Assembly: GCA_965222615.1 (NCBI GenBank)
Contig: CBDCUI010000007.1
Location: 352,001-416,000 of the forward strand
Length of the DNA stretch: 64,000 nucleotides
Source of the DNA: Gammaproteobacteria bacterium
GTDB taxonomy: Bacteria > Pseudomonadota > Gammaproteobacteria > UBA4575
Reading direction: 5' to 3'
A program made the translations under genes and the position numbers. The notes beneath the pieces are model-generated. The model worked only from the letters and a program-made list of their open reading frames with translations. It did no database searches and was not told where the DNA came from. Positions 39,226 to 50,194 of this stretch are shown piece after piece. Each line of letters begins with the position of its first letter. The first letter of the stretch is position 1.

Positions 39226-39360
39226 ATGAACAGATAAAACTTTTAAGGCTAGATATTCAAGTCAAAGACAGTCTAATGTAAAGCGTTAGTTGGGTAACGT
39301 ATTCAACTAGAGAGTAACCCAAACCGCTTTAAAATGCGATCTAAGAGTCTAAGTACTACA

Positions 39361-39507
39361 GGAAGTTCTGATTTATTAATGGAATGGCTGAGATTAGGCA
39401 AAATGATTTCGAAAAAGCGGAGTGTATAAGGTACATACATGAGCATTTTGAGAAATCATTACTAATTCATCTTTTTTTGGGACATATCAGAATAAATCAG
39501 AACTTCC
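39361..39507. repeat. MITE-like palindromic element, full copy 3
   Basis: ggaagttctgatttatt...aaagcggagtgtataaggtacatacatgagcattt...aataaatcagaacttcc. Confidence 0.85.
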
Positions 39508-39527
39508 CACACAAAACGGATGCGATC

Positions 39528-40118
39528 TTACATCAACTTACTTAAGCGTTCATGCAATGGGCTAGTACGCGGGAAATGCGCCAATAAAAACTTCATTTGA
39601 TCCGCCAATACTCGTCGACCTTGCAGATAAATATATTCGGCATGTGTGGGTGTAAAGGGTATGGCTAGTAATTGCATACCGGACTGTTCGGGTGTTCTGC
39701 CAGCCTTATGATTATTGCAACGTTTGCACGCCGTAACGACGTTATTCCATTCATCTGTACCGCCGAGGCTCAAGGGTCGAATATGATCACGCGATAAATC
39801 ACGTCGGTCAAAACGTTCGCCACAATACAGACAGAGATTCGCATCACGTTTAAACAGTGCACGATTATTTAAAGGTGGAACATAGCTCTCGCGTAGAGAT
39901 CGGTTGCTACCATAGGTAGCGATAATGGAGTGCACGGCAATCTCACTGCGGATACCACTTAGCGCATTGATACCTCCATGTATTACGTATAACGGCTCAC
40001 CGCATGTATAAGCAACTTGTTCACCATGATATAACTTAGCGGCATCTTGATAATTTACCCACTCCATCGGCATCCCCGATACATCTGTACGCAGTACTTG
40101 TAGGCTTAAATCACTCAC
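39528..40118 (-). CDS. HNH endonuclease family protein
   Basis: RDANLCLYCG, DHIRPLSLGG, WNNVVTACKRCN. Confidence 0.9.
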   Translation of the reverse strand: MSDLSLQVLRTDVSGMPMEWVNYQDAAKLYHGEQVAYTCGEPLYVIHGGINALSGIRSEIAVHSIIATYGSNRSLRESYVPPLNNRALFKRDANLCLYCGERFDRRDLSRDHIRPLSLGGTDEWNNVVTACKRCNNHKAGRTPEQSGMQLLAIPFTPTHAEYIYLQGRRVLADQMKFLLAHFPRTSPLHERLSKLM

Positions 40119-40294
40119 TAAGTTCTCCAGCTAACCCTATATTCAACTGTATCGGTAAATGATAGTTGAATGCAATTATAGATTTGACCACAGAATTGCT
40201 GCAGAATTCTTAAAACCTTGATATATATGAGGATGCATAGGTTAATCTGTATACGCGGTCTTATTATGGATACGAGTTGCATTGATAAATGCTC

Positions 40295-41248
40295 TTATTG
40301 GCTAGTTTGATTACCACCTTCACTACTAGCGCGAGCAAGTGCAGCCTGGGTACGAGCAATAAGAAGGTCAGCATAATCTTCCGCAGCCATTTCAGCTACT
40401 CCAATTGACACCGTGAACTTTTCACTAATCCTTTCATCATTTAATACAATTTGTTTAACTGCATTATGTAAGCGGTTTGATACATTCAACGCCTGACTTT
40501 CATCCGTACCAATCAATATCAAAGCCATACAGCCTTCATCAATTTTAACTGCCATATCCATGCCTCGTAATTCGATTTGTACAGCATTGGCAATGGCTTG
40601 AAAAATTTTATTGGCAGTGTACTGGCCATAAGTATTTGCTAAATTTTGAAATCGATCAACTTCTAGCATTAGCATGGTAAGTGTACGATTTCGCATGGAG
40701 CAACGTGTCATCTCATAGGGTAATGTTTCCTTCAGCCATTGCTTAGTGTACATCCCTGTGAATTCATCTTTATCCGCTTTAATACTATTGCGTTCTTCTT
40801 CACGTAATTGCTGATACACAAGCCGATTGAGATCAAGCATGCGTTTGACAAAAAGCTTCATTAGGTTACGCGCAAAATTTATATCGGTTGATATAAATTC
40901 CCATAAAAGTTTTTCCGGGATCTCTAGGACTTTGCAATCGTTTTGTGCTTTGACAAACGCGCTCACAGGTTGCCCACCAATGACTGACATCTCACCTACA
41001 GTATCGCCCGGATTAAGTGTTACTACTGCAGGCGCTTCTTCGTGTAGATGTAAGCCTAGATGGCCATCTACAATTACGAACATGGAATGGTTATTTTGAT
41101 CTTTATAGAGCAGCAACTCACCAGCTTTGAGAATTTTGCTATTGCAATTGGCAAGTAGCCCCGCACACTGCTCCAAATCTACCGCACCAAAAAGACCCAA
41201 ACGTGACAGGGTCGATAAACTTCGAGTATCTCCACGCGCAATAGTCAC
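40295..41248 (-). CDS. cNMP-binding + degenerate GGDEF-domain protein
   Basis: GEMSV cNMP motif; DEFTG, EVDRF, TVSIGV, but the GGDEF signature reads DEGCM. Confidence 0.8.
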   Translation of the reverse strand: MTIARGDTRSLSTLSRLGLFGAVDLEQCAGLLANCNSKILKAGELLLYKDQNNHSMFVIVDGHLGLHLHEEAPAVVTLNPGDTVGEMSVIGGQPVSAFVKAQNDCKVLEIPEKLLWEFISTDINFARNLMKLFVKRMLDLNRLVYQQLREEERNSIKADKDEFTGMYTKQWLKETLPYEMTRCSMRNRTLTMLMLEVDRFQNLANTYGQYTANKIFQAIANAVQIELRGMDMAVKIDEGCMALILIGTDESQALNVSNRLHNAVKQIVLNDERISEKFTVSIGVAEMAAEDYADLLIARTQAALARASSEGGNQTSQ

Positions 41249-41379
41249 AGATAAGAAGGCATCTACTTATAGCAATACTGTACTTTAGCTGAATGGCTAT
41301 TCAATAGGAAATTCTTCTAGGATAGCGAGTATTACAGCACTGATAACTGTTAATGTCAGCTTTTGTCTTTATCTATGTT

Positions 41380-41895
41380 TCAATTACTGGGCTTCTTATC
41401 ACGGCTTTTTTTATATGGTCGGTCTTTAGCAATATCTCGTTGCTGAGCCCGCTGCTTCCATTTTTTTCTGGCTTGTTTTCGTTGCTCAGGAGTCATATTT
41501 TTCCATCGCTGACGTAATCTTTGTCTTTGCTCAGGTGTCAGGCTTTGAAACCATTTATAGCGTTCACGAATTTTTTTACGTTGCTCAGGGGGTAATTGCT
41601 CAAATCGCTTAAAACGATCGCGAACCTGCTGTTTTTGCTGTGGATTAAGAGATTTCCATTTTCGCATTTTATGCTTGGCACGAGCACGCTGTTCTGGTGT
41701 CATTGACAACCATCGTTTAGCCCCACGTGCAAGTTTGTGTTGCTTTTCCACTGACAATTCTGACCAGCGCCCTTCAAAGCGTTTTAATATTTTTTGCTGC
41801 TCACTGCTGAGATCGTTCCATTGAATTACATCACCTTGTGCATAGCTCAATGCACAAAATAACAACAGCAATAAGCAAGTAAAAATTTTATTCAT
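41380..41895 (-). CDS. DUF3106-type exported repeat protein
   Basis: Signal peptide then W..LSPEQ(R/K) repeats. Confidence 0.8.
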   Translation of the reverse strand: MNKIFTCLLLLLFCALSYAQGDVIQWNDLSSEQQKILKRFEGRWSELSVEKQHKLARGAKRWLSMTPEQRARAKHKMRKWKSLNPQQKQQVRDRFKRFEQLPPEQRKKIRERYKWFQSLTPEQRQRLRQRWKNMTPEQRKQARKKWKQRAQQRDIAKDRPYKKSRDKKPSN

Positions 41896-42100
41896 TTTCC
41901 ACATTTTGTATTTCAGGTTGCTCGGCTTCATCAAGTGTCGACCAAAAGAAGTCATACCAATCCTCTTCTTCCGCTTCAAATGATCCCAGCATTTCTAAAA
42001 ATTCCTCATCAAGTTCTTCCGTATCATCTACAGTCTCGGCCCAAACTGACTGAAAAATATAAATAACACATAGCACCAAAACATAATTAAGTCGTAACAT
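41888..42100 (-). CDS. Small acidic exported hypothetical protein
   Basis: Signal peptide + EEFLEMLG motif; overlaps neighbours in the operon. Confidence 0.65.
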   Translation of the reverse strand: MLRLNYVLVLCVIYIFQSVWAETVDDTEELDEEFLEMLGSFEAEEEDWYDFFWSTLDEAEQPEIQNVENE

Positions 42101-42461
42101 CTTCGTCTGCTAGCCAAGTATAAAATTCCAACTCTTCGTACAAATCTAACGCATCTTGAGCGGCCATGAGTTCCATAGCTTCAAAGCTCTCTTCTTCAAT
42201 TACCCCTTGTTCATTTATGAGAGGCCATTGTGGCTTTACAACTAACACTGCAATAAACACCGTAAATGCAGTAGCTAAAATTGCCTTATTCCAATTTGAA
42301 GTAAAAAACGTTTTACGCTTTTGTTGTGCCAAAGCACGTTGACGTGCTGCATTGAGTTTATGACAGGTTTCTGCATCGAGGCGATCCACCGAATCATCTA
42401 AGGCTTTACTAATACGTGTAAGCAGTTCGCGCTCACTTGAATTTTGTTTGTCATTACTCAC
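42087..42461 (-). CDS. Putative anti-sigma factor (DUF3619-like)
   Basis: LD..VDRLD...KLNAARQRAL, single TM, LEFYTWL; directly follows the ECF sigma. Confidence 0.75.
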   Translation of the reverse strand: MSNDKQNSSERELLTRISKALDDSVDRLDAETCHKLNAARQRALAQQKRKTFFTSNWNKAILATAFTVFIAVLVVKPQWPLINEQGVIEEESFEAMELMAAQDALDLYEELEFYTWLADEDVTT

Positions 42462-43021
42462 AATCGACCTTCTAAATGTTTGCGTAGATATTGAATTGCA
42501 CGAGAATAGTGAGTCTTAACACTGCCTTCAGAACATTGCATGACATGCGCAGTTTCTGCCACATCCATACCTTCCCAGGCACGCAATAAAAATGCCTGTC
42601 GTTGGCGCAATGAAAGCTGTTGTATTGCATCATTCACTTGTTCCACCGAGTCTTGTAAGTTTGACATGTCGACAGGATCCATATCATCGCCTGATAATTC
42701 CTGAATTGGGTCATTCCCCTCATCTGCTTCATTAACATTTGATAACCACACTCGCCAACGACTTTGCGTGGTATTTCTCCTATGCAAATCCATAATGCGA
42801 TTATTCAAAATTCGATAAAATAATGGTGCCCATTGCTCTGCTGGCTTATGTGCATATTTCTTTACTAATTGCATCATTGCATCCTGTACAACATCTAAAG
42901 CGTCCTCACGGTTCCTCGTCGACATTTCAGCGATGCGAAATGCACGACGCTCGATATTTACGAGAAACTCCTCAAGTTGCTGAGAATATGTTGTAGCCAA
43001 TCTGTCCTCACTGTGTAGCAA
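42458..43021 (-). CDS. ECF RNA polymerase sigma factor
   Basis: DALDVVQDAM, RQRQAFLLR, CSEGSVKTHYSRA. Confidence 0.93.
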   Translation of the reverse strand: MLHSEDRLATTYSQQLEEFLVNIERRAFRIAEMSTRNREDALDVVQDAMMQLVKKYAHKPAEQWAPLFYRILNNRIMDLHRRNTTQSRWRVWLSNVNEADEGNDPIQELSGDDMDPVDMSNLQDSVEQVNDAIQQLSLRQRQAFLLRAWEGMDVAETAHVMQCSEGSVKTHYSRAIQYLRKHLEGRL

Positions 43022-43399
43022 CTATAGAGTTTCATCCATTGCGCAGCCCAATATTAGACCTTAATGATTAGCGGCACTGATCCTTACAGCATATCTACCA
43101 ATCTTGGTAGTTGGGCGCACGCTATTTACGGCTTAAAATGCCTGCATACTCTAGATAGCGTTGCAGGTGAAATTTCGTTGACATATTTCTTTAAAATTTA
43201 AACGGTGATAGATACTTAATAAATTTAAGGTGATTTATTCACATTATTGGTTAAATTAACTTATTTTCTATGGGAATTGTTAGTTTGAATAAATATGACC
43301 CATTATTTCATTTATTTTCAATAGTTTAGTTTGGCAGCAATCAACCATTCATATGTTGGCACGAGTCTCGATTGTAAATATAAAGATGTACATGGCAGT

Positions 43400-43420
43400 T
43401 TATCCACAAAGTTATCCACA
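43400..43420 (+). promoter_or_regulatory. Tandem perfect DnaA boxes upstream of priA
   Basis: ttatccaca-aag-ttatccaca; a further ttattcaca at 43235. Confidence 0.65.
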
Positions 43421-43512
43421 ACTACTACCAGTTTTTATCCATATATCATAGCCATACTTTGCCCCAGCTTATTTAAAACTATCCATTGTGTGCAATCACA
43501 AACTATTCTCGT

Positions 43513-45720
43513 ATGAATCCTACCGCTGTTCTCCATCTTGCCTTACCTATCCCACTGTATCAAAACTTTGAATACCTAGCCCCCAGCGGTCTAAACATAG
43601 GTGAAATCAAAATCGGTGTACGTGCTCGAGTTCAATTTGGTAAGCGTAAACTAATTGGTATTGTGGTGAATACACACCACTCCAGTAATTTACCTAAAGG
43701 CAAATTAAAAACGGTTATTGAAATACTCGATACCGAACCAGTTTTTGATACAAACTTGATCGAGTTGTTATTTTGGGCCGCTAACTATTATCAACAACCA
43801 CTTGGAGAAGTCCTCAGTACAGCCTTACCGAGTTCACTACGTAAAGGCAAATTCATTTCATTTGCAAACAAAACAATCTATCTGGTTTCAAACGATGCAA
43901 TCCCTCAAGATTCTTTAGCGCGCGCACCAAAACAAAAACTTGTAATCAAATTGCTACAGTCACATCGAAAAGGTCTAAGCAGCGACGAGCTAGCACAACA
44001 TATCTCTAACTGGAGGCCTACAGTTAATGCTTTAATAAAAAAAGGACTTGTCAAGAAAATTAAAAGAGAAACCCAATATATAGAAAAAAAATCTTGTCCA
44101 TCTATAGCAGACATCCAGCTTAATAAAGAGCAACAGCATGTATACACACAGTTACAAGATAAATTAAGTGAATTCAATACTCACTTACTTGCGGGAGTTA
44201 CTGGTAGTGGCAAGACCGAAGTTTATATCGCCTTAGCCAAAAAAATTATTTCTAACAACAAACAAGTTCTAATTTTAGTGCCAGAAATAGGGCTGACTCA
44301 GCAACTTGTTAAACGTATAGAAGCACGACTCAATACTCATGTTGCCTTAGTGCATTCTGGGTTAAATGAATCTGAACGCGCTCAAGCATGGTTGTCCGCA
44401 AAAACTGGTAAAGCGAAAATTATAGTAGGTACACGTTCTGCGATTTTCTTAGCCTTTTACAATCTCGGTTTTATCGTTGTCGATGAAGAACACGATTTAT
44501 CGTTCAAACAACAAGAAGGTTTTTTGTATCATGCTCGTGATATCGCCATCTACAGAGCCAAACAGCTTGGGATTCCTATTGTACTTGGTACCGCTACTCC
44601 GTCATTTGAAACGCAGCTCAATGTCAAACTTGGACGCTATAAAAAGCATGTACTGAGTAAACGCGCAAAGGAAATGCAGATCCCGCAGATTAAGCTGATT
44701 GACCTGCGCACGAACCCAATAAGTGACGGCTTATCAAATGAACTTATTAATGCTATGCAAGTGGAACTTGACCATCAGCATCAAGTATTGCTGTTTTTGA
44801 ATCGACGCGGGTATGCACCCACCATACTTTGCCAAGGTTGTGGATGGGTAGCCAAGTGTTCGCGTTGTGACGCGCGCATGACATTCTATAAAAAAAGCAA
44901 TTCTATGAAATGTCATTATTGTCAAAAAGAAAAGAGCGCACCAAACACCTGCCCAGAATGCGATGCCGATAAGCTTATTTGCTTAGGAGAAGGTACACAA
45001 CGGATCGAAAAAAAATTACAAGAAATTTTTCCTGAAACTGCTATCACTCGATTAGACCGTGATAGCACTCGCAAGAAAAATGAGCTGCAAAACAAATTGC
45101 ATGCAATTCACAGTGGTAAATACCAAATCATTATAGGCACCCAAATGCTCTCTAAAGGACACGATTTTCCCGGTGTTACTTTAGTTGGAATTCTGAATGT
45201 CGATCAAGGTTTACATAGTACGGATTTTCGTGCCACAGAAAGACTTGCACAATTAATTACTCAAGTTGCAGGTCGTGCCGGTCGTAGTAAAAATCAAGGC
45301 AAAGTACTGCTGCAGACCTATCACCCTGAACACCCGTTACTCAATTGTTTATTATCGCGTGGTTATGAGGCTTTTTCTGATGAAGCGTTAAAAATTCGCA
45401 AACGCTGCATATTACCGCCCTATGCCCATATGGTATTAGTACGTGCGCGTGCTCATAAACAAGAATCGGCACAGCGATTTTTACAGACTATAAAAAATTC
45501 TATACTCTCAAAAACGGCTTCAAAATTGAATATATTAGGCCCTATCCCAGCCCTGATTGAACGTAAGGCAGGTATGTATCAAAGTCAGCTGATCATAATT
45601 TCAAGAAATCGTAAAGCTATTCAGCAACATTTAGATAAATGGACTCAGCAAATTCAACAATTGATGCTTGCCAAACGCGTACGTTGGAATATTGAAGTAG
45701 ATCCACTTGAGATGGAATGA
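43513..45720 (+). CDS. priA: Primosomal protein N'
   Basis: GVTGSGKT, DEEH, NRRGY, Cys-rich region, KGHDFP, QVAGRAGR. Confidence 0.97.
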   Translation: MNPTAVLHLALPIPLYQNFEYLAPSGLNIGEIKIGVRARVQFGKRKLIGIVVNTHHSSNLPKGKLKTVIEILDTEPVFDTNLIELLFWAANYYQQPLGEVLSTALPSSLRKGKFISFANKTIYLVSNDAIPQDSLARAPKQKLVIKLLQSHRKGLSSDELAQHISNWRPTVNALIKKGLVKKIKRETQYIEKKSCPSIADIQLNKEQQHVYTQLQDKLSEFNTHLLAGVTGSGKTEVYIALAKKIISNNKQVLILVPEIGLTQQLVKRIEARLNTHVALVHSGLNESERAQAWLSAKTGKAKIIVGTRSAIFLAFYNLGFIVVDEEHDLSFKQQEGFLYHARDIAIYRAKQLGIPIVLGTATPSFETQLNVKLGRYKKHVLSKRAKEMQIPQIKLIDLRTNPISDGLSNELINAMQVELDHQHQVLLFLNRRGYAPTILCQGCGWVAKCSRCDARMTFYKKSNSMKCHYCQKEKSAPNTCPECDADKLICLGEGTQRIEKKLQEIFPETAITRLDRDSTRKKNELQNKLHAIHSGKYQIIIGTQMLSKGHDFPGVTLVGILNVDQGLHSTDFRATERLAQLITQVAGRAGRSKNQGKVLLQTYHPEHPLLNCLLSRGYEAFSDEALKIRKRCILPPYAHMVLVRARAHKQESAQRFLQTIKNSILSKTASKLNILGPIPALIERKAGMYQSQLIIISRNRKAIQQHLDKWTQQIQQLMLAKRVRWNIEVDPLEME

Positions 45721-45822
45721 CGGCATTCTGTATAAACCCAATGCTTATATTTATTTAATTAAACTCTGACAGAGCAGAACTTTCTCAAGTACAATGCAAC
45801 GCCTTTGTACACGACAAAACTT

Positions 45823-47577
45823 ATGCAATCACTAATCTCCAAACTGCTAAGCGACGCGATATCTAGTTTACAAACTACTAGTGATCTACCTAAAGATATC
45901 GATGTAAATATTCAAGTAACTCGCAGCAAAAACAATGTACATGGAGATTTTGCCAGTAATATTGCTTTGCTACTTGCTAAACCGACAAAAATACCGGCTC
46001 GTGAACTCGCGAAAAAAATCCTGCAACAGATCCCTGAAGAAGACACAGTAGATAAAATTGAAATAGCCGGACCAGGATTTCTTAATTTTTATTTACGTTC
46101 AGAGCATCAGTCAGAGGTGCTAAATGAGATCCTCGAAAAACAAGATAAATTTGGACACTCTGAAAAATATAGCGGCAAAAAAGTACAGCTTGAATTTGTG
46201 TCTGCCAACCCTACCGGACCTCTACATGTAGGTCATGGCCGCGGCGCTGCTTACGGAGCAACCATCGCCAATTTACTGCAAGCGGTGGGATACGAGGTTT
46301 ACCGTGAATACTATGTAAACGATGCAGGGCGCCAAATGGATATCCTTACGACATCGGTATGGTTACGTTATTTAGAGCTATGTGGTGAAGAATTCGATTT
46401 TCCAAGCAATGCCTATCAAGGTGATTATATTTGGGATATCGCGGCTTCTTTACATCGGGAACATGCTAATAAATACGCTCATGCCACACAGGATTGGATC
46501 TTTGACCTGCCTCCTGATGAGCCGCAGGGTGGTGATAAAGAAACTTATATAGATGAAGTTATTAAAAAAACAAAAACATTACTTGAAACAGAAGGCTATG
46601 AGATTTTTTCCAAACGCGCGTTGGATACAATTAAGGAAGACATCAAAGATGACCTAGAACTCTTTGGAGTCCAATATGATAACTGGTTCTCTGAGCAGTC
46701 ACTAATAACAAAGCATAAACATCAAGAAGCATTAACCATGCTTAGAAAAAATGGTTACGTAGAAATAAAAGATGGTGCTCATTGGTTTCTCAGCACACAA
46801 TTTGGTGATGAAAAAGATCGTGTATTAGTGCGCGAAAATGGTACGCATACTTACTTTCTCGCTGACATTGCTTATCACCTTGATAAATACGAGCGCGGCT
46901 TTGATCGCTTGATTAACATTTGGGGTGCGGACCATCATGGTTACGTAACACGTGTAAAAGCAGCCGTTGAGGCACTTAGTAAAGATCCGAATCGTTTGCA
47001 TATATTGCTGGTACAATTTGCAAACTTATATGAAGGTGGTAAAAAACTCGCGATGTCTACGCGTTCGGGCGAATTTGTCACGTTACGGCAATTACGTAAA
47101 CAAGTAGGCAAAGATGCGGCACGCTTTTTTTATGTAATGCGTAAATGTGAACAACATTTAGATTTTGACTTGGACTTAGCGGCCTCACAGTCACAAGATA
47201 ACCCTGTCTATTATCTGCAATATGCACATGCAAGGATATGCAGTATATTTGAAAAATCAAGAATGGATTGTCAACAAAGTGAAATTATCGATGCAGATTC
47301 TGCATTACTCGTTCAAGAGCAAGAAAAGGATTTGACCAAACTTCTAGATCAATTTCCTGAAAAAGTTATATTGGCTGCTGAGCAGCTGTCTCCTCATATT
47401 GTAGTGAATTATCTACGTGATGTTGCAAATTCCTTTCATAGTTTTTATAACGCTCATCAGGTGCTCGTTGATAATTCTGCGTTAAAATATGCGCGCTTGA
47501 AATTAATTCGAGCAACGCAGATCGTGTTAAAGAATGGCTTAGCTTTACTTGACGTGAGTGCACCTCAACACATGTAG
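45823..47577 (+). CDS. argS: Arginine--tRNA ligase
   Basis: SANPTGPLHVGH, GADHHGY, MSTRSG, YLQYAHAR. Confidence 0.98.
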   Translation: MQSLISKLLSDAISSLQTTSDLPKDIDVNIQVTRSKNNVHGDFASNIALLLAKPTKIPARELAKKILQQIPEEDTVDKIEIAGPGFLNFYLRSEHQSEVLNEILEKQDKFGHSEKYSGKKVQLEFVSANPTGPLHVGHGRGAAYGATIANLLQAVGYEVYREYYVNDAGRQMDILTTSVWLRYLELCGEEFDFPSNAYQGDYIWDIAASLHREHANKYAHATQDWIFDLPPDEPQGGDKETYIDEVIKKTKTLLETEGYEIFSKRALDTIKEDIKDDLELFGVQYDNWFSEQSLITKHKHQEALTMLRKNGYVEIKDGAHWFLSTQFGDEKDRVLVRENGTHTYFLADIAYHLDKYERGFDRLINIWGADHHGYVTRVKAAVEALSKDPNRLHILLVQFANLYEGGKKLAMSTRSGEFVTLRQLRKQVGKDAARFFYVMRKCEQHLDFDLDLAASQSQDNPVYYLQYAHARICSIFEKSRMDCQQSEIIDADSALLVQEQEKDLTKLLDQFPEKVILAAEQLSPHIVVNYLRDVANSFHSFYNAHQVLVDNSALKYARLKLIRATQIVLKNGLALLDVSAPQHM

Positions 47578-47631
47578 AAGTTCAATGTACCAGGGATATA
47601 CAAACTTTAACTATGGTTTAATTAAATAAAT

Positions 47632-48171
47632 ATGGCACGTAGAAAAAGAAGATCTTCCTCTAAACCTTCAAGCATCCTACCCGCTTGGATTTGGTTAACA
47701 TTTGGAATTCTAATTGGCCTCGGAATTGCTATGTTGACACGTATAAACGGCCGGTATATTGATACTGTGCAACCTGATACTACACAACAACAAGCTACAA
47801 CACAGAATACAGAGCAAACTAAAAAACCCAAATTTGACTTTTATACCCTGTTACCTGAACTAGAGGTTGTAATACCTGATGATGAAAAACAACCTTTACA
47901 AAAAAAGCCTCCTGCGAATAAACCAGCAGATTACAAAGGTGGCTTCTTGCTACAAGCAGGCTCTTTTCAACAATTTAACGAAGCCGATAGTTTAAAGGCT
48001 CGCTTAGCTTTACTTGGTGTTGAAGCCCATATCCAATCAGTGGAAGTCAACAATTCAAAATGGCATAGAGTGCGAATTGGCCCTTCAAATGATCGACAAG
48101 CCTTAGAACAACTGCGCAATCGACTACGCCAAAACCACATTGATACTTTGTTGATGCAAGCTAAGGAGTAG
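47632..48171 (+). CDS. SPOR-domain cell division protein (FtsN-like)
   Basis: TM, FDFYTLLP, LQAGSF, WHRVRIGP; priA-argS-SPOR synteny. Confidence 0.88.
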   Translation: MARRKRRSSSKPSSILPAWIWLTFGILIGLGIAMLTRINGRYIDTVQPDTTQQQATTQNTEQTKKPKFDFYTLLPELEVVIPDDEKQPLQKKPPANKPADYKGGFLLQAGSFQQFNEADSLKARLALLGVEAHIQSVEVNNSKWHRVRIGPSNDRQALEQLRNRLRQNHIDTLLMQAKE

Positions 48172-48211
48172 CTATGTTATTGCTTAGCTTACCAGCCAAT
48201 TAGCAAGGAAT

Positions 48212-50026
48212 TTAAACAGATAAAGATTCATACATCGCATCGATATCTGCTGCAAACTGCTTTAAAAGTTGTGGTCGTTTAGTTTTCAGTGTTGGCGTCA
48301 ATAAACCATTTTCGATGGACCAAGGCTCTAAATACAAAGCTGCTCGTCTAATTTGCGCATAACCAGGAAACTCTTTCAAGCAACCTGCTAAACGTTTTAA
48401 AACCGTTTTATGTGCTTTTGAAGACGTGAGACTCTCTGGATTTTTAGTATCTAGATTCAAATCTTGAGCAAGACCTCGCCACTCTACCTCATTTAATACT
48501 AATAATGCCGATAAAAATGGTTTACCTTCACCTAACACCATGGCTTGATCAAATAATGGATCTGCACAAATCGCTGTTTCCATGTCTTGCGGCGGGACTT
48601 TTTCAGCGCTTGCTAAAACGATAATGTCTTTGATACGCCCTGTTATATATAGATAACCCTCTTTGCTTATTTCGGCAATATCTCCAGTATGCAGCCAACC
48701 ATCAGTATCTAAAATTTCTTCCGTGGCTTGCACATTTTTATAATACCCCATCATTACGCTATCGCTGCGAGTACAAAGCTCGCCTTGCTCAGTAATTTTC
48801 ACTTCTACACCAGGCAAAGATTTTCCAATACTAAAAGGATCATTATCCTCAGGACGACCGACACTAATGACCGGGCTACATTCCGTCATTCCATAGCCTT
48901 GATATAGCGGCACGCCAAGGCTGATAAAAAATTTTGCAATGGTTTTACTTAGTGCTGCACCTCCAGCGATCGCATAGCGCAACCTCCCACCTAACTTTTG
49001 CATAATTTTTTTGGCCACTAATTGATTAAACAACGACCAACTCAGTATGCTCCAATGCCAACCAACCAACCCTTTTGAATATTCAAATCGACGCCAGCCA
49101 ACTTTCAGAGCTAATGAAAATATTTTTTGCTTAACCGCAGATTGTTGCTGCAACGAGCTAAGTACCTTTGCATAGATCATTTCGTAAATTCGTGGCACGG
49201 ATACAAATATTGTTGGACGAACTATTTGAATATCATCTGCTAATTGCTGTATTGAACGAGAGTAAAAGACTTGTGCATTGGCCATTATTGGTAAAAAGCA
49301 GCCCGCGGTTCTTTCCAAGGTGTGTGAAAGCGGTAAAAAAGATAAAAATACATCCTGTTCATAGAATTCTCCACACTGCAATGCCGCATAGGCGTTGCTG
49401 AGAATATTTTTGTGGCTAAGCATTACTCCTTTGGGACGACCCGTTGTCCCTGAAGTATAGACAATAGTGGCAAGTTCATTGGTATCCGTTGAAGTGATTT
49501 GAAAGTCATTAGGCTTATCATCGTTAAGCCAATTTTGCATAGAAACAACCTGCTTATCTGATTCGCCTTTTTGGTCTATTTCCTCAACACTTATAATACG
49601 TTGCAGTGAGTTTTTAATAGACTCGACTTCTGACAATTGCCGCCATTGTCGTTGATTCTGCAGCAACAGAAATTTAACACCGGCATCTTTTATAACAAAA
49701 GCTACATTGTCGGCTCTATCATTGGTGTAAAGTGGTACAGTAACTAGGCCTAAACCTAAAGCCGCAATATCAAATATGACCCACTCGGGACAATTGCGCA
49801 GCATAATGGCAACACGATCTCCTTTTTCAATTTGCTCATTTTGTAATGCAGCTTGTATATGTGCCACTTGCTGTAATACTTGTTGCCAGGTTAATTCTTG
49901 CCAATTTTTTTTTTCATCGTCATAGTAACCGTATGCTTTGGATGCAGGAGAACGTGCTGCACGTTCTTTAAACAAACCTGGCAAAGTTTGTGCAGTTTCT
50001 GGTGTAATGTAATCCGTAACGCCCAT
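48212..50026 (-). CDS. Long-chain fatty-acid--CoA ligase
   Basis: YTSGTTGRPKG, GYGMTE, WLHTGD, LTPTLK. Confidence 0.92.
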   Translation of the reverse strand: MGVTDYITPETAQTLPGLFKERAARSPASKAYGYYDDEKKNWQELTWQQVLQQVAHIQAALQNEQIEKGDRVAIMLRNCPEWVIFDIAALGLGLVTVPLYTNDRADNVAFVIKDAGVKFLLLQNQRQWRQLSEVESIKNSLQRIISVEEIDQKGESDKQVVSMQNWLNDDKPNDFQITSTDTNELATIVYTSGTTGRPKGVMLSHKNILSNAYAALQCGEFYEQDVFLSFLPLSHTLERTAGCFLPIMANAQVFYSRSIQQLADDIQIVRPTIFVSVPRIYEMIYAKVLSSLQQQSAVKQKIFSLALKVGWRRFEYSKGLVGWHWSILSWSLFNQLVAKKIMQKLGGRLRYAIAGGAALSKTIAKFFISLGVPLYQGYGMTECSPVISVGRPEDNDPFSIGKSLPGVEVKITEQGELCTRSDSVMMGYYKNVQATEEILDTDGWLHTGDIAEISKEGYLYITGRIKDIIVLASAEKVPPQDMETAICADPLFDQAMVLGEGKPFLSALLVLNEVEWRGLAQDLNLDTKNPESLTSSKAHKTVLKRLAGCLKEFPGYAQIRRAALYLEPWSIENGLLTPTLKTKRPQLLKQFAADIDAMYESLSV

Positions 50027-50194
50027 TGTTTATCAATATAGACCTATTAAACCCATATCAATACGATATTATTTTTATTTATACTCCTCTAGAGACATAC
50101 TGTAAATTAATCAAATCCTTTATGTTTTGGGGTTGATTTAAACCTATTTCGCCCTTATATATAAAAGATAAGCACATTATTATCACAATTTAAC

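Noticed and set aside
39528-40118. HNH nuclease as mobiliser of the adjacent MITE
   Set aside because: It looks like an ordinary stand-alone HNH, and other MITE copies lie beside unrelated housekeeping genes.
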